From a virus (lineage: Duplodnaviria; Caudoviricetes), in IMG/VR virus record IMGVR_UViG_3300036781_000517, positions 1 through 55,868 of that record: a DNA stretch of 55,868 nucleotides; one strand, written 5' to 3'. The notes below the pieces were generated by a model. The model saw nothing but the letters and a program-made list of their open reading frames with translations. It was not told the DNA's origin and did not search any database. Below are positions 44,380 through 52,638 of the stretch, one piece after another. The translations under genes and the position numbers were made by a program. Every line of letters begins with the position of its first letter. Position 1 is the first letter of the stretch.

Positions 44380-45499
44380 ACCGCGTCATTGCATCGTCTG
44401 CGGCAAGGCTTTCGCCGCATCCGGCCGGCAATTGATCCGCAAGATCACTTGCTCGACCGCCTGCGCTTCGGTGCGGGCTCGGCAGCTCCGCGGCCAGCGC
44501 GAGGGCGGCGACCGGGACGCCGAAGCCCGACTGCTGCGGGCGTGCGTCCTCTGTGGCGCGAAATACCCTGCCGACCGGAGCAGCCGCTACTGCGGTGACC
44601 TGTGCCGGGACGCCGTGCGTCGCGAAAAGGATCGAGCGCACTACTACCGGATGACGTCCGAGCAGAAGGCCAAAGGTGTCGCCGCCCGTCGCGAGTATCG
44701 AAAGCAGAATCCCGAATGGGCCAAGCGAGTCGATCGCCGGAAGAACGAGCGAATCAAAAACGATCCGATCCGGCGGGCAAAGACCCGGGAGCAGGCAAGG
44801 AACTCCTACGCCGCCAGACGGCTGCAAGCGGGCCTGAGCTATCAGACCGCCGAGGAAAGATCGGCCGGGGCGGCCCAGAAATCCGCATCCTCGCCGAGGC
44901 CGACGCGGCCATGCCAGTTTTGTGGCCGTCCCGTACGAAAGCCGCAAGCCAGATACTGCTCGCCGCAGTGTCGGCAGTGGGCGGCGCGAAAGCCGAAGGT
45001 TTCGCCGATCTTCAGTGGGCTGGAGGTCGCCATGCTCGCCGACCCGCCTGGGCCGCGGGCGTATTTTCGCGATTGCGAGGTGTGCAAGACGCGATTTGCC
45101 TCTAGCGCTTCGCACGCCCGCTTTTGCAGCGATGCCTGCCGCCAGGTGTCACACGCCGAACGCAAACGCCGTGGGCCAGCGCAGATCCCGGCGACCTGCG
45201 ATATCTGCGGCAACGCCTTTACCGCCGGCAAACGGAACCAGAAACGTTGCTCGCCCGAATGCGCGGCCGAGTGGAAGCGCCGCGATGCATTGGCGCGAAT
45301 TACCCATGAGTCGAAGCAGGCGGCAAAGTTCCGGTCGCGCCAGCGACTTGGCATCACCGCGGCCTGCATCATCTGCAGTCGGGATATGAGCGATTTCGAG
45401 GACCTGCGTCACTTTCGATACACCTGCTCGGCCGAGTGCCGCGCGGAGGCCATGCGCCGCAAGAACCGGCGCAGCTACGAGAACCGGAGAGCAAAATGA
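44369..45499 (+). CDS. multi zinc-finger protein
   Basis: Six CxxC...C(S/G)xxC units. Confidence 0.85.
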   Translation: MKSEPRHCIVCGKAFAASGRQLIRKITCSTACASVRARQLRGQREGGDRDAEARLLRACVLCGAKYPADRSSRYCGDLCRDAVRREKDRAHYYRMTSEQKAKGVAARREYRKQNPEWAKRVDRRKNERIKNDPIRRAKTREQARNSYAARRLQAGLSYQTAEERSAGAAQKSASSPRPTRPCQFCGRPVRKPQARYCSPQCRQWAARKPKVSPIFSGLEVAMLADPPGPRAYFRDCEVCKTRFASSASHARFCSDACRQVSHAERKRRGPAQIPATCDICGNAFTAGKRNQKRCSPECAAEWKRRDALARITHESKQAAKFRSRQRLGITAACIICSRDMSDFEDLRHFRYTCSAECRAEAMRRKNRRSYENRRAK

Positions 45500-46251
45500 G
45501 CGCCGCATTACTTGCCCCCGAGAGGCATCCCATCCCCCTGGCAACCGCGATCGAGCAAATCGAAAAGCTCAAGGACAAGGAGGTGGAGGAACGATTCGCC
45601 CGCGCGACGCTTCGGACCGCCGAGGGCCTCACCGAAATGGCCGCATGCGTGCGCGTGCTGGAGAGCCGCGGTAGAGACCTATCCTCACTCAGGATGGCGA
45701 TCCTGCCGTACCTGCGGCTGATCGCCCATGGACAGCTCGCGCCAGAGGCACTCCTGAAATTCGCCGCCAGCCCATACCTGTTGAGCGCGATTTCCAGGCT
45801 TCCGATGGACGCCCAAAGGCACCTGATCGATTCCGGTATGGTCCGTGTCGCGGTCGTCGAAGCCGACAGGTCGATCGGCACGCGGGAGGTCGATCCTCGC
45901 GTGCTTTCCCACACGGAGATCTCGCGGGTCTTCTCCTCCTCGGGAATCGTCCCGCCGGAATCCCAACTAACCAGCAAGCCGCGAAAGCAGCAGCGCAAGC
46001 GGCGGGTCCGAGTGGACGCCAAGGCTCGGGTGATGCACGTGGCAAATGCCAAGATCCCGCTTGCTGACGTGCTGGCCGCTTTGGCCGAAGCGGCCGGTCG
46101 GCAAGGCGACATACTCGACATCACCGGCGGTCCATCAGTTGGCGCCGTCGTCACGCAGGAGGAGATGGATCGGCTTCGCGCGGCGTGCAAGGCAATGCGC
46201 CTCGAGGAGAGGGAGTTTGTCCGACGGGCGATCCTCAGTTGGTTGATCTGA
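45496..46251 (+). CDS. hypothetical protein
   Basis: GGAG RBS, ATGA coupling. Confidence 0.75.
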   Translation: MSAALLAPERHPIPLATAIEQIEKLKDKEVEERFARATLRTAEGLTEMAACVRVLESRGRDLSSLRMAILPYLRLIAHGQLAPEALLKFAASPYLLSAISRLPMDAQRHLIDSGMVRVAVVEADRSIGTREVDPRVLSHTEISRVFSSSGIVPPESQLTSKPRKQQRKRRVRVDAKARVMHVANAKIPLADVLAALAEAAGRQGDILDITGGPSVGAVVTQEEMDRLRAACKAMRLEEREFVRRAILSWLI

Positions 46252-46634
46252 TGATCCGCTCGACCGATCACCTGATCTTCTTGGACATCGACGGCGTAAT
46301 GGTGCCGCACGGTGAATCCGAATTCTCGACGAGAGCCGTTGCCGCGATCAGGTCGATGACGGGCCACGTCGTGCTCATCTCAACCTGGCGGTCACGGCCC
46401 GAGTCCCGCGAGCGCGCAGAACTCATGTTCAAGGAGGCGAACGTTCCCATCGCAGGATGGGTGGACTTCGCAACTCCTAGGAAGGGTGGCGCCATCGCCG
46501 CCTGGCTGTATGAAAATTTCGGCTCCGAATCTGATTGGCCGACTGTCACGATCATTGACGACCAAGCCACACCGGATTGGTTGCCCGGGGCGAATCTGAT
46601 CGTGCCCGATAGCCGGGTGGGCCTCGTTGGTTGA
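46251..46634 (+). CDS. HAD phosphatase (Swiss-army-knife RNA-repair type)
   Basis: IFLDIDGV, ISTWR, IIDD. Confidence 0.88.
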   Translation: MIRSTDHLIFLDIDGVMVPHGESEFSTRAVAAIRSMTGHVVLISTWRSRPESRERAELMFKEANVPIAGWVDFATPRKGGAIAAWLYENFGSESDWPTVTIIDDQATPDWLPGANLIVPDSRVGLVG

Positions 46635-46704
46635 CGGCACGCCGAAAACCACCGCACCGCCGGGGGTCGCATCAAAGCTCGCAGACTGTCCGAAGCGAAT
46701 TGAT

Positions 46705-46733
46705 TTGCGCCACGCGCCGGGCCGTGCTACAAT
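46705..46733 (+). promoter_or_regulatory. Promoter of a small RNA
   Basis: TTGCGC-17-TACAAT with extended TG. Confidence 0.7.
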
Positions 46734-46739
46734 CGGAGC

Positions 46740-46816
46740 GCCAGCCGTCGCGGGCCTCCCCTCCACCGCGATCGAGCCAGCCCCGGCCACCCTCACACCC
46801 CAGGGTGGCCTTTTTT
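46740..46816 (+). ncRNA. Putative ~77-nt sRNA with C-rich loops
   Basis: Hairpin tcgcgg-gcctcccctcca-ccgcga, then terminator ggccaccct-N8-agggtggcc-T6. Confidence 0.6.
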
Positions 46817-46834
46817 ATTGCGCCGATTTTTCGT

Positions 46835-46872
46835 TTGACAACAGGTGTGGAAGTGCGCACACTCCCACACCT
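46835..46872 (+). promoter_or_regulatory. Promoter with overlapping 30-bp operator
   Basis: TTGACA-17-CACACT; inverted repeat 46843-46872 (13/15 match) abutting the ATG. Confidence 0.75.
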
Positions 46873-47082
46873 ATGCCGTCCACCGAAAAGGATCTCCACG
46901 TACGAATGGGCAGGGTGTTCCGCCCGTTGCTCGACGCTTATGTAAGCCTCGCCTTTTCGGAGCCGCGGCCGTCGCAGAGTTCAATCGTCCGCGAAGTGAT
47001 CAAGGCCGGGCTGGAAGTGAAAATCTCCGGCCTGACCAAGGATATGCAGAAGCGGATCCGGACAGCGGCGAAGACCGATTGA
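46873..47082 (+). CDS. RHH-like regulator (near-leaderless)
   Basis: KDLHVRMG...SQSSIVREVIKAGL. Confidence 0.75.
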   Translation: MPSTEKDLHVRMGRVFRPLLDAYVSLAFSEPRPSQSSIVREVIKAGLEVKISGLTKDMQKRIRTAAKTD

Positions 47083-47265
47083 CGATTCAATCCCGCGCAG
47101 GGGTGCGTGGGGCTAACGGGCAGCCTCCAGGGTAGAGGCTGCGAGAGGGAGCCATGTCTCGTTTCGACCGGCGGAGCCGGGCCAACGCGCCGCCGATTAT
47201 TTCCGACCCACCAATTTACCGGCGACCGCTGCGCGCCTTTTGGGCCAGCGCGGGAGACCCGAGGG

Positions 47266-47595
47266 GTGATCAGACTGGTGGACAAGCCGACGTTGGCGTC
47301 GCATCTCGGGGTGACGGTGCGGACGCTAAACAAGGAGATCCAACGCCACGAGTTGCCCAAGCCGTTTCGGCTGGGCCGCAAGGCGTACTGGCAGGAGGCC
47401 ACGATCGAGGCGCACTTCGCCGACCTGGAGCGTCGCGGCCAGCGCCCAAAAAGGAGAGCGGAGAACACGGACGAACTGAAGGCCAGGAATGGCCCGGCCC
47501 TTTGTTCGCCGGGTTGTCCATGCGTCGACGAGGGATCCCGAACGTCTCCATCTACAAGCCCAAGAGCCGGTCCACCGCCCGCCACAAATGGCTAG
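47266..47595 (+). CDS. xis: AlpA-like excisionase (start uncertain)
   Basis: LASHLGVTVRTL...ELPKPFRLGRKAYW; directly upstream of int. Confidence 0.8.
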   Translation: MIRLVDKPTLASHLGVTVRTLNKEIQRHELPKPFRLGRKAYWQEATIEAHFADLERRGQRPKRRAENTDELKARNGPALCSPGCPCVDEGSRTSPSTSPRAGPPPATNG

Positions 47596-49199
47596 TGGCG
47601 TACCTGGCCAACCCCGACGACCTGCACCGCACCGTCGAAAGCGTAAGCACCGATTACGAGGTGACGCGCCAGTACGCCTGCGAGCTGTCGCGCAAGCTCG
47701 ACCGCCGGCGGCTGGGCCTCATCACCGCCGATGACGACAAACTCGCCGCCGCCGCCGCGATCCCTCTGGCCGATCACATCACCGACTTTGCCGACTGGCT
47801 CATTGCCCGGGGCGTGACGGAGAAACAATCCGGCGAGGTAAAGAGCCGGCTGACCAAGCTCGCTGAATGGTGCGAGTTCCATCGCCTCGGCGAGCTGTCC
47901 GCCAGCAAGGTGCAATCCGGAGTGAACGACTGGCGAGACGAAAACGGCCGGGCGGCAGAGACCTGCAACAAGTACCTCAAAGCCGCCAAGCAGTTCTCGA
48001 AATGGGCGTCGTCTAAGGCCGAACGGAAGATCACGGAGCACGTGTTTTCCGACCTGACCAGCTACAACGTCGAGGCCGATCGTCGGCACGTCCGCCGATC
48101 GCTGACCGGCGATGAATTGGCGGCGCTCCTCGCGGCCACGGAGCGAGGCGAAGTGTGGGTCAGGGACGGGCGGAGGATGTCGGGCCCGGACCGCCGCATC
48201 CTGTACACGCTTGCGGCCTACACCGGCCTGCGTCGCAGCGAGCTGGCCAGCCTGACCCCCGAGAGCTTCGACTTGGGCGAGCGTACTCCGACCGTCACCG
48301 TCGACGCCGCTCACAGCAAGCACCGGCGCACGGACGTCCTCTTCGTTCGCGCCGACGTCGCCGCCCTGCTCAGGCCCTGGCTCGACACCAAGGCGGCCGG
48401 CAAGCGCATCTTCGCCGTCCCCGACAAAGCGTTCCTGATGCTCTACGCCGACATGGCCGCCGCGGGTGTAGCCATCAGCACCACCAGCGGCATTGCCGAC
48501 TTCCACAGTCTGCGGCACACGTTCGGCACGATCCTCGCCGCCAGCGGGGCGCCCATCACAGTGCTCCGCGAGCTGATGCGGCACACCGACATCCGCCTCA
48601 CGATGCGTTACGTGCATCCGACGCTGCACGACCAGGTCAAAGCCCTCGACGGCCTGCCAGGGCTCGCCCAGCCGCGGCAACAGCAGCAGCTACGCGCGAC
48701 GGGCACCTACGGAGGCGCGGCCCCGGATAGCGCTGCGCCGGGCGCTGAAAACGAAACAGGCCCGCTTAAAAAGCGGGCCGGCTTCAACCGCAAGGGCGTG
48801 TCCAACGCTGCACTTACCGAATGTTCCCGGCAGGTCTCGAACCTGCAACCTTCGGCTTCGGAGGCCGACGCCACAACACCCCCCCCATCCGACGCGCAAG
48901 TACCAGCCGCGGCGCGACTTTGCAATCATGAAAACCCAATAGGCGCGTCAGCGCGATCGGGTCCCTCAGGGACGCCTGGGGACGAGCAGGGACGACCCGA
49001 GAACGCAGAGCGCTGCGCCACGCGCTTACCAGGGAGCGACGCACCGCCGCCAACTTCGGTCTACGGAACCGACGCCGCGATCACGCCTGCCGCGCCTGCC
49101 GCCCCATTGGATCTGGACGAAATTCGGGCCGCCTACGAGCAGCTCGGCCGCCTCCTCGGCAAGGCCCCGCCACCCCCCGTCACGGAGGACGAAGATTGA
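47520..49199 (+). CDS. int: tyrosine integrase with long C-terminal tail
   Basis: TGLRRSEL, HSLRHT, MRH, MRY catalytic motifs. Confidence 0.96.
   Translation: MRRRGIPNVSIYKPKSRSTARHKWLVAYLANPDDLHRTVESVSTDYEVTRQYACELSRKLDRRRLGLITADDDKLAAAAAIPLADHITDFADWLIARGVTEKQSGEVKSRLTKLAEWCEFHRLGELSASKVQSGVNDWRDENGRAAETCNKYLKAAKQFSKWASSKAERKITEHVFSDLTSYNVEADRRHVRRSLTGDELAALLAATERGEVWVRDGRRMSGPDRRILYTLAAYTGLRRSELASLTPESFDLGERTPTVTVDAAHSKHRRTDVLFVRADVAALLRPWLDTKAAGKRIFAVPDKAFLMLYADMAAAGVAISTTSGIADFHSLRHTFGTILAASGAPITVLRELMRHTDIRLTMRYVHPTLHDQVKALDGLPGLAQPRQQQQLRATGTYGGAAPDSAAPGAENETGPLKKRAGFNRKGVSNAALTECSRQVSNLQPSASEADATTPPPSDAQVPAAARLCNHENPIGASARSGPSGTPGDEQGRPENAERCATRLPGSDAPPPTSVYGTDAAITPAAPAAPLDLDEIRAAYEQLGRLLGKAPPPPVTEDED
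48747..48779 (-). terminator. Minus-strand terminator downstream of the att tRNA fragment
   Basis: ggcccgctt/aagcgggcc stem followed by tgtttcgtttt on the minus strand. Confidence 0.7.
48822..48871 (-). other. attP core: 3' part of tRNA-Arg(CCG)
   Basis: TCGGC-CTCCGAA-GCCGA anticodon arm, GCAGG-TTCGAGA-CCTGC T arm, CGGGAAC-A; no 5' half. Confidence 0.9.
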
Positions 49200-50431
49200 G
49201 CGATCACACGCCAATTCCGCGTACGCACTGCGGCTCCAAATTCCTCCCCGACCAGCCGACCTACTCGATCCAACGGCGCATCGCGGAAATGTTCGGCGAC
49301 CTTGGAGCCCACCTGCTGCATCAGCTCGACTGGTACCTCACCAACCTCGGCGAGATCCGCGACGGGACCGAGCCTGACGAGCGGCGGTGGATTCTGGCGA
49401 CCTACGAGGACTGGCACGACGAGTTTTCCTGGTACCACGAGGGCACGATCCGGGTTGCCTTCAAGAAGCTCGAAGCACTAGGGATAGTCGTTGGCGTCCA
49501 GGTCTTCGGGGCGCGGTCCGCCAAGTGGTACACGATCGATTACGCCGAGCTCGACGCGGCCATCGCCGCTCAACCCGAATCAAAGCGCACGCGGGGCGTG
49601 ATGCGCCGCCTGCTAGATTTGCGCAGCCGGCCTTGTCCGCCCCCTGAAGACGATGATCGTAAGTGCGCGCGGGCGCGCGCTTTACACACCCGCGGGCGCG
49701 CGCTGCGCGCGCCCGCGGGTGCGCAAAACGCGCAGGCGGTCGGCGACCGGGTGCGCATTTCTAACGCCTCCGGGCGCGCGCAAATAGCAGCTCCGCCTGT
49801 TCAAAATGCGCGCCCGCTTAATAAGGAATTGGATAAGGGAGAATTGGATAACGTCGTCGTCGACGACGGGTCGGGTGGGTCCACGCCAGGCCCCACCCCT
49901 ACCGATGGTGCCCCCGCCCCGCCGCTCGCCCCGCCGGAACTAATCGCCGCGCTCAACGCCGCAGGCGTCTCAGACGCCGCACAGATGGCGGCGATGTACC
50001 CCCGCGCAACGGTGAGCCAGGTGCGCAAGCTCCACGCCGACGCCGAACGCCTGCGACGCAACGGCAAGCTGCGCGGCACGATGACCGGCGTGGTGATCAG
50101 CGGGCTCAAAAAGGGTTGGCAGGCCGACCGACCGCCTGAACCACCCGCCCCGGCAGCGGCAAAAGTGCGACCTTCCGGGCCTTTGCCTTCCGACACCAAC
50201 ATCGCCCTGGCAAAACTTCACCCTGACGACTTCGACGCGCTGGCCGCCGCCGCGTTGGCCAGCATCCCGGAGAATTTTCGCGCGACCTTTGCCCGCACCG
50301 GCCCTAGCGGCCCGGCACTCCGCGGAGTGATGCACACGCTTTTGGATCGCGGCTGGCGACGCGAGTCGTCGACTTCGCCCCTCGTCTCGCCGTCGGCCGA
50401 CCCCGAAGGAGGTGCCCCATGTCCGCAATGA
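49196..50431 (+). CDS. replication initiator (winged-helix replisome organiser type)
   Basis: WILATYEDW...TIRVAFKKLEALG...KWYTIDY; internal repeats; TTGA coupling to int. Confidence 0.8.
   Translation: MSDHTPIPRTHCGSKFLPDQPTYSIQRRIAEMFGDLGAHLLHQLDWYLTNLGEIRDGTEPDERRWILATYEDWHDEFSWYHEGTIRVAFKKLEALGIVVGVQVFGARSAKWYTIDYAELDAAIAAQPESKRTRGVMRRLLDLRSRPCPPPEDDDRKCARARALHTRGRALRAPAGAQNAQAVGDRVRISNASGRAQIAAPPVQNARPLNKELDKGELDNVVVDDGSGGSTPGPTPTDGAPAPPLAPPELIAALNAAGVSDAAQMAAMYPRATVSQVRKLHADAERLRRNGKLRGTMTGVVISGLKKGWQADRPPEPPAPAAAKVRPSGPLPSDTNIALAKLHPDDFDALAAAALASIPENFRATFARTGPSGPALRGVMHTLLDRGWRRESSTSPLVSPSADPEGGAPCPQ
49660..49855. repeat. Putative replication origin within rep
   Basis: 17-bp-arm palindrome 49687-49721, GCGC-AAA repeats, GAATTGGATAA twice. 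Confidence 0.65.
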
Positions 50432-50805
50432 ACCTTCCCTTCCCGCCGCCGCGCGGGGAGCTGAGCGAGCTCGAACGATTCATGCACGACCTGACCGCGG
50501 AGGGCGCCCGCCTGATCTCGCGCGGGTCGTCGATCGTCGGCCAGGAGCAACAGGCGTGGGTGCTGTGGGATCGGATCGTGCTGGTCGTGGTTTACTCGCC
50601 GGCGTCGTTCGAGGTCTTCACCGCGATCGGACGTGACGGCGCCGCGTCGATCGCCGCCTCCCTGGTCAAGGTCTTTCGCGCGGATCGAACAGCCACGCCG
50701 CCGGGCATGACGCTGGTACCAGAGCACATCGCAGAGCCACTTCCGCCGCCCGTTGACACCCCGATTCTTCGAGTTCTGCGCAAGGGAAAGTCGGGTGCCC
50801 GATGA
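50419..50805 (+). CDS. hypothetical protein
   Basis: AGGAGG RBS. Confidence 0.75.
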   Translation: MSAMNLPFPPPRGELSELERFMHDLTAEGARLISRGSSIVGQEQQAWVLWDRIVLVVVYSPASFEVFTAIGRDGAASIAASLVKVFRADRTATPPGMTLVPEHIAEPLPPPVDTPILRVLRKGKSGAR

Positions 50806-51113
50806 GCCGTGCCGCACGAGGCCCGCAGTTCTGCCACGCCGCGCGGCACTGCCGGCGCCAGCTCGGGATCAAGCTCACCAAGAACCTCTACGCCGACGTG
50901 CTCAATCAAATTCGATCGGGCCGCGCGGACTTCATCGCGGCCAGTCGAGACGGGAAAGCAGAGATGTGGGTCGTCGCACTCGGCCGGCGGTACGCCCTGG
51001 CGATTTACGCCGTCCACGAACACGCGGTCAGGGCGTTCCTGCACCGCAGCCAGGCCAGCAACTTTCGTGTCCAGGCGATCGCCTGCGACGCGGCAATGGG
51101 AGGTGCGTCTTGA
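50802..51113 (+). CDS. hypothetical protein
   Basis: ATGA coupling; HAARHCRRQLGI. Confidence 0.7.
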   Translation: MSRAARGPQFCHAARHCRRQLGIKLTKNLYADVLNQIRSGRADFIAASRDGKAEMWVVALGRRYALAIYAVHEHAVRAFLHRSQASNFRVQAIACDAAMGGAS

Positions 51114-51580
51114 GCGCCTATCAACCGGTAACCGTCGACGCCGCCGGCGAGATCAGCGACCGCTTTGAAAAGAACGTCGTCGTGATCGTGACCTGGGACC
51201 GCTTCCACGACAAACTCCACGTGACGACCTACGGCCGGTCGGCATCCGAGAAGGCCTTCGCGGCCAACCTCGGAGAGACGCTCTGCAAAGCCGCCGGAGC
51301 CGATCTGGCGAAGGCGGAATCGTTTGAAGATTTCCGCACCCGATCGCAGGCGCAGTGGGCTCTCGAAAGAGACCAATTGCTGCGCATCACGCCCGCGCAA
51401 CTGACGGCCGCCGCCGCCGCGATCGCCAACGCCCGGGGTGGCCGCCGCGGCCTTCCACCAATCAGCAACATCCTTGAGGCCCTGCCGGCCAACCTGGTAG
51501 CCGAGGTTACCGCGGACGCCGAGGCGGCGATTGCCGCCGCACGGTCGCTCCAAGTGCAGGTGCGGGGAGGTGGCTCGTGA
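51110..51580 (+). CDS. hypothetical protein
   Basis: GGAGG RBS, TTGA coupling. Confidence 0.75.
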   Translation: MSAYQPVTVDAAGEISDRFEKNVVVIVTWDRFHDKLHVTTYGRSASEKAFAANLGETLCKAAGADLAKAESFEDFRTRSQAQWALERDQLLRITPAQLTAAAAAIANARGGRRGLPPISNILEALPANLVAEVTADAEAAIAAARSLQVQVRGGGS

Positions 51581-51765
51581 AGTCACTCGTACGGCGCGTC
51601 GCCTGCCCGTTATGCGGCAGCCTCGTCATCGTCACTGATCCCGGCACCGCCTCTCCCTGGTTACGGCGACACCGAGTTGGAAAAGCTGCGGACAGCCGGA
51701 GTGGCCAGACACCCCGAACTATCTGTCCAGGGTCCTTGATGGCCGCACCCGGAGGTGCTTCGTGA
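51577..51765 (+). CDS. small Zn-binding protein
   Basis: CPLCG...RRH...CPGS; GGAGG RBS. Confidence 0.7.
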   Translation: MKSLVRRVACPLCGSLVIVTDPGTASPWLRRHRVGKAADSRSGQTPRTICPGSLMAAPGGAS

Positions 51766-52532
51766 GTATCGCCAGCGTCCAGCGGGCAAAGAAAGCGCGA
51801 GCTGCGGCCGCGAAGAACGCGCGCAAGCCCGTGGCCCGTCCGTCCCTCGGCTCCTACCTCCCTGGGCATGTCGTGCTGGAGCTGCCGATCTCGCCCGCGT
51901 ACGTGAGTGCGGATGCGGCCGAGCTGGTCGCCCGCGGGATCAAATCACGCCCGGGCCCGCACGTGGCGCCGCTGCGCCCGCCGGTGCTCATCCGCGTGAC
52001 GTGCCACTACGGCGCGGCGGGTGAAGCCGTCGGCTGGTTGGGCAAAGGGTGGCCGCTGGATTTCCTGCCGATCGTCCGCGTCCTGGTCGAGCGCGGGTAC
52101 GTCGCTAACGCCGGCCACATCGCCCTGGCGATCGTGGCCAAGCGCTGGGGTCCGCTGACGGGGATGCGGATCTATCTCCGCAGCCTGGTGGGTGCCGACG
52201 ACGTCGGCGCGGAGTACCCGATACCGGGCCAGTCCCTGGGGCAAATCTGCCCGCTCCCCGAACTGGCCGAAAGGGACGCCCGCACGCTGGCCCTTATCGC
52301 CGGCGAAGCGCCCATCGGAGCATCGCAGAAATCGGGGGGGGGGGGGGAATTTGAGGCTGGCTCGCTGAACCAACCGCTCGAAGAGGAGGAGAAAAACAAT
52401 GACCGCAGTCACGAAGAAAAGTCCCTGGCGCCAGACCGCCGCCCACGTCCGCGAACGCGGCCGGCTTCGGCCGATCGTCGTCGCGCTCGAGCCCGGCGTG
52501 CTGGTGATGCGCGTGAAGCAGTGTCGCGGTGA
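51762..52532 (+). CDS. degenerate RusA-like protein with G14 tract
   Basis: VLELP.SP...VLIRVT...LVERGYVAN resembles the RusA layout without its acidic residues. Confidence 0.5.
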   Translation: MSIASVQRAKKARAAAAKNARKPVARPSLGSYLPGHVVLELPISPAYVSADAAELVARGIKSRPGPHVAPLRPPVLIRVTCHYGAAGEAVGWLGKGWPLDFLPIVRVLVERGYVANAGHIALAIVAKRWGPLTGMRIYLRSLVGADDVGAEYPIPGQSLGQICPLPELAERDARTLALIAGEAPIGASQKSGGGGEFEAGSLNQPLEEEEKNNDRSHEEKSLAPDRRPRPRTRPASADRRRARARRAGDAREAVSR

Positions 52533-52638
52533 GCTGCGCCTGCCGTGGGCGTTGCTGTACACGCTCGCCGCCCAGGCGGAGGCCGACGCGCGCCGCTCGC
52601 AGCGGAAGTCGTCCGTCCGAAGGGGGGCGATCTCGTGA
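52399..52638 (+). CDS. hypothetical protein
   Basis: GAGGAGGAG RBS. Confidence 0.75.
   Translation: MTAVTKKSPWRQTAAHVRERGRLRPIVVALEPGVLVMRVKQCRGELRLPWALLYTLAAQAEADARRSQRKSSVRRGAIS

Noticed and set aside
47154-47519. Upstream 122-aa extension of the integrase
   Set aside because: It overlaps the better-supported xis frame and has no integrase-like features
48822-48871. Functional tRNA-Arg gene
   Set aside because: The 5' acceptor strand and D arm are missing; it fits an att core
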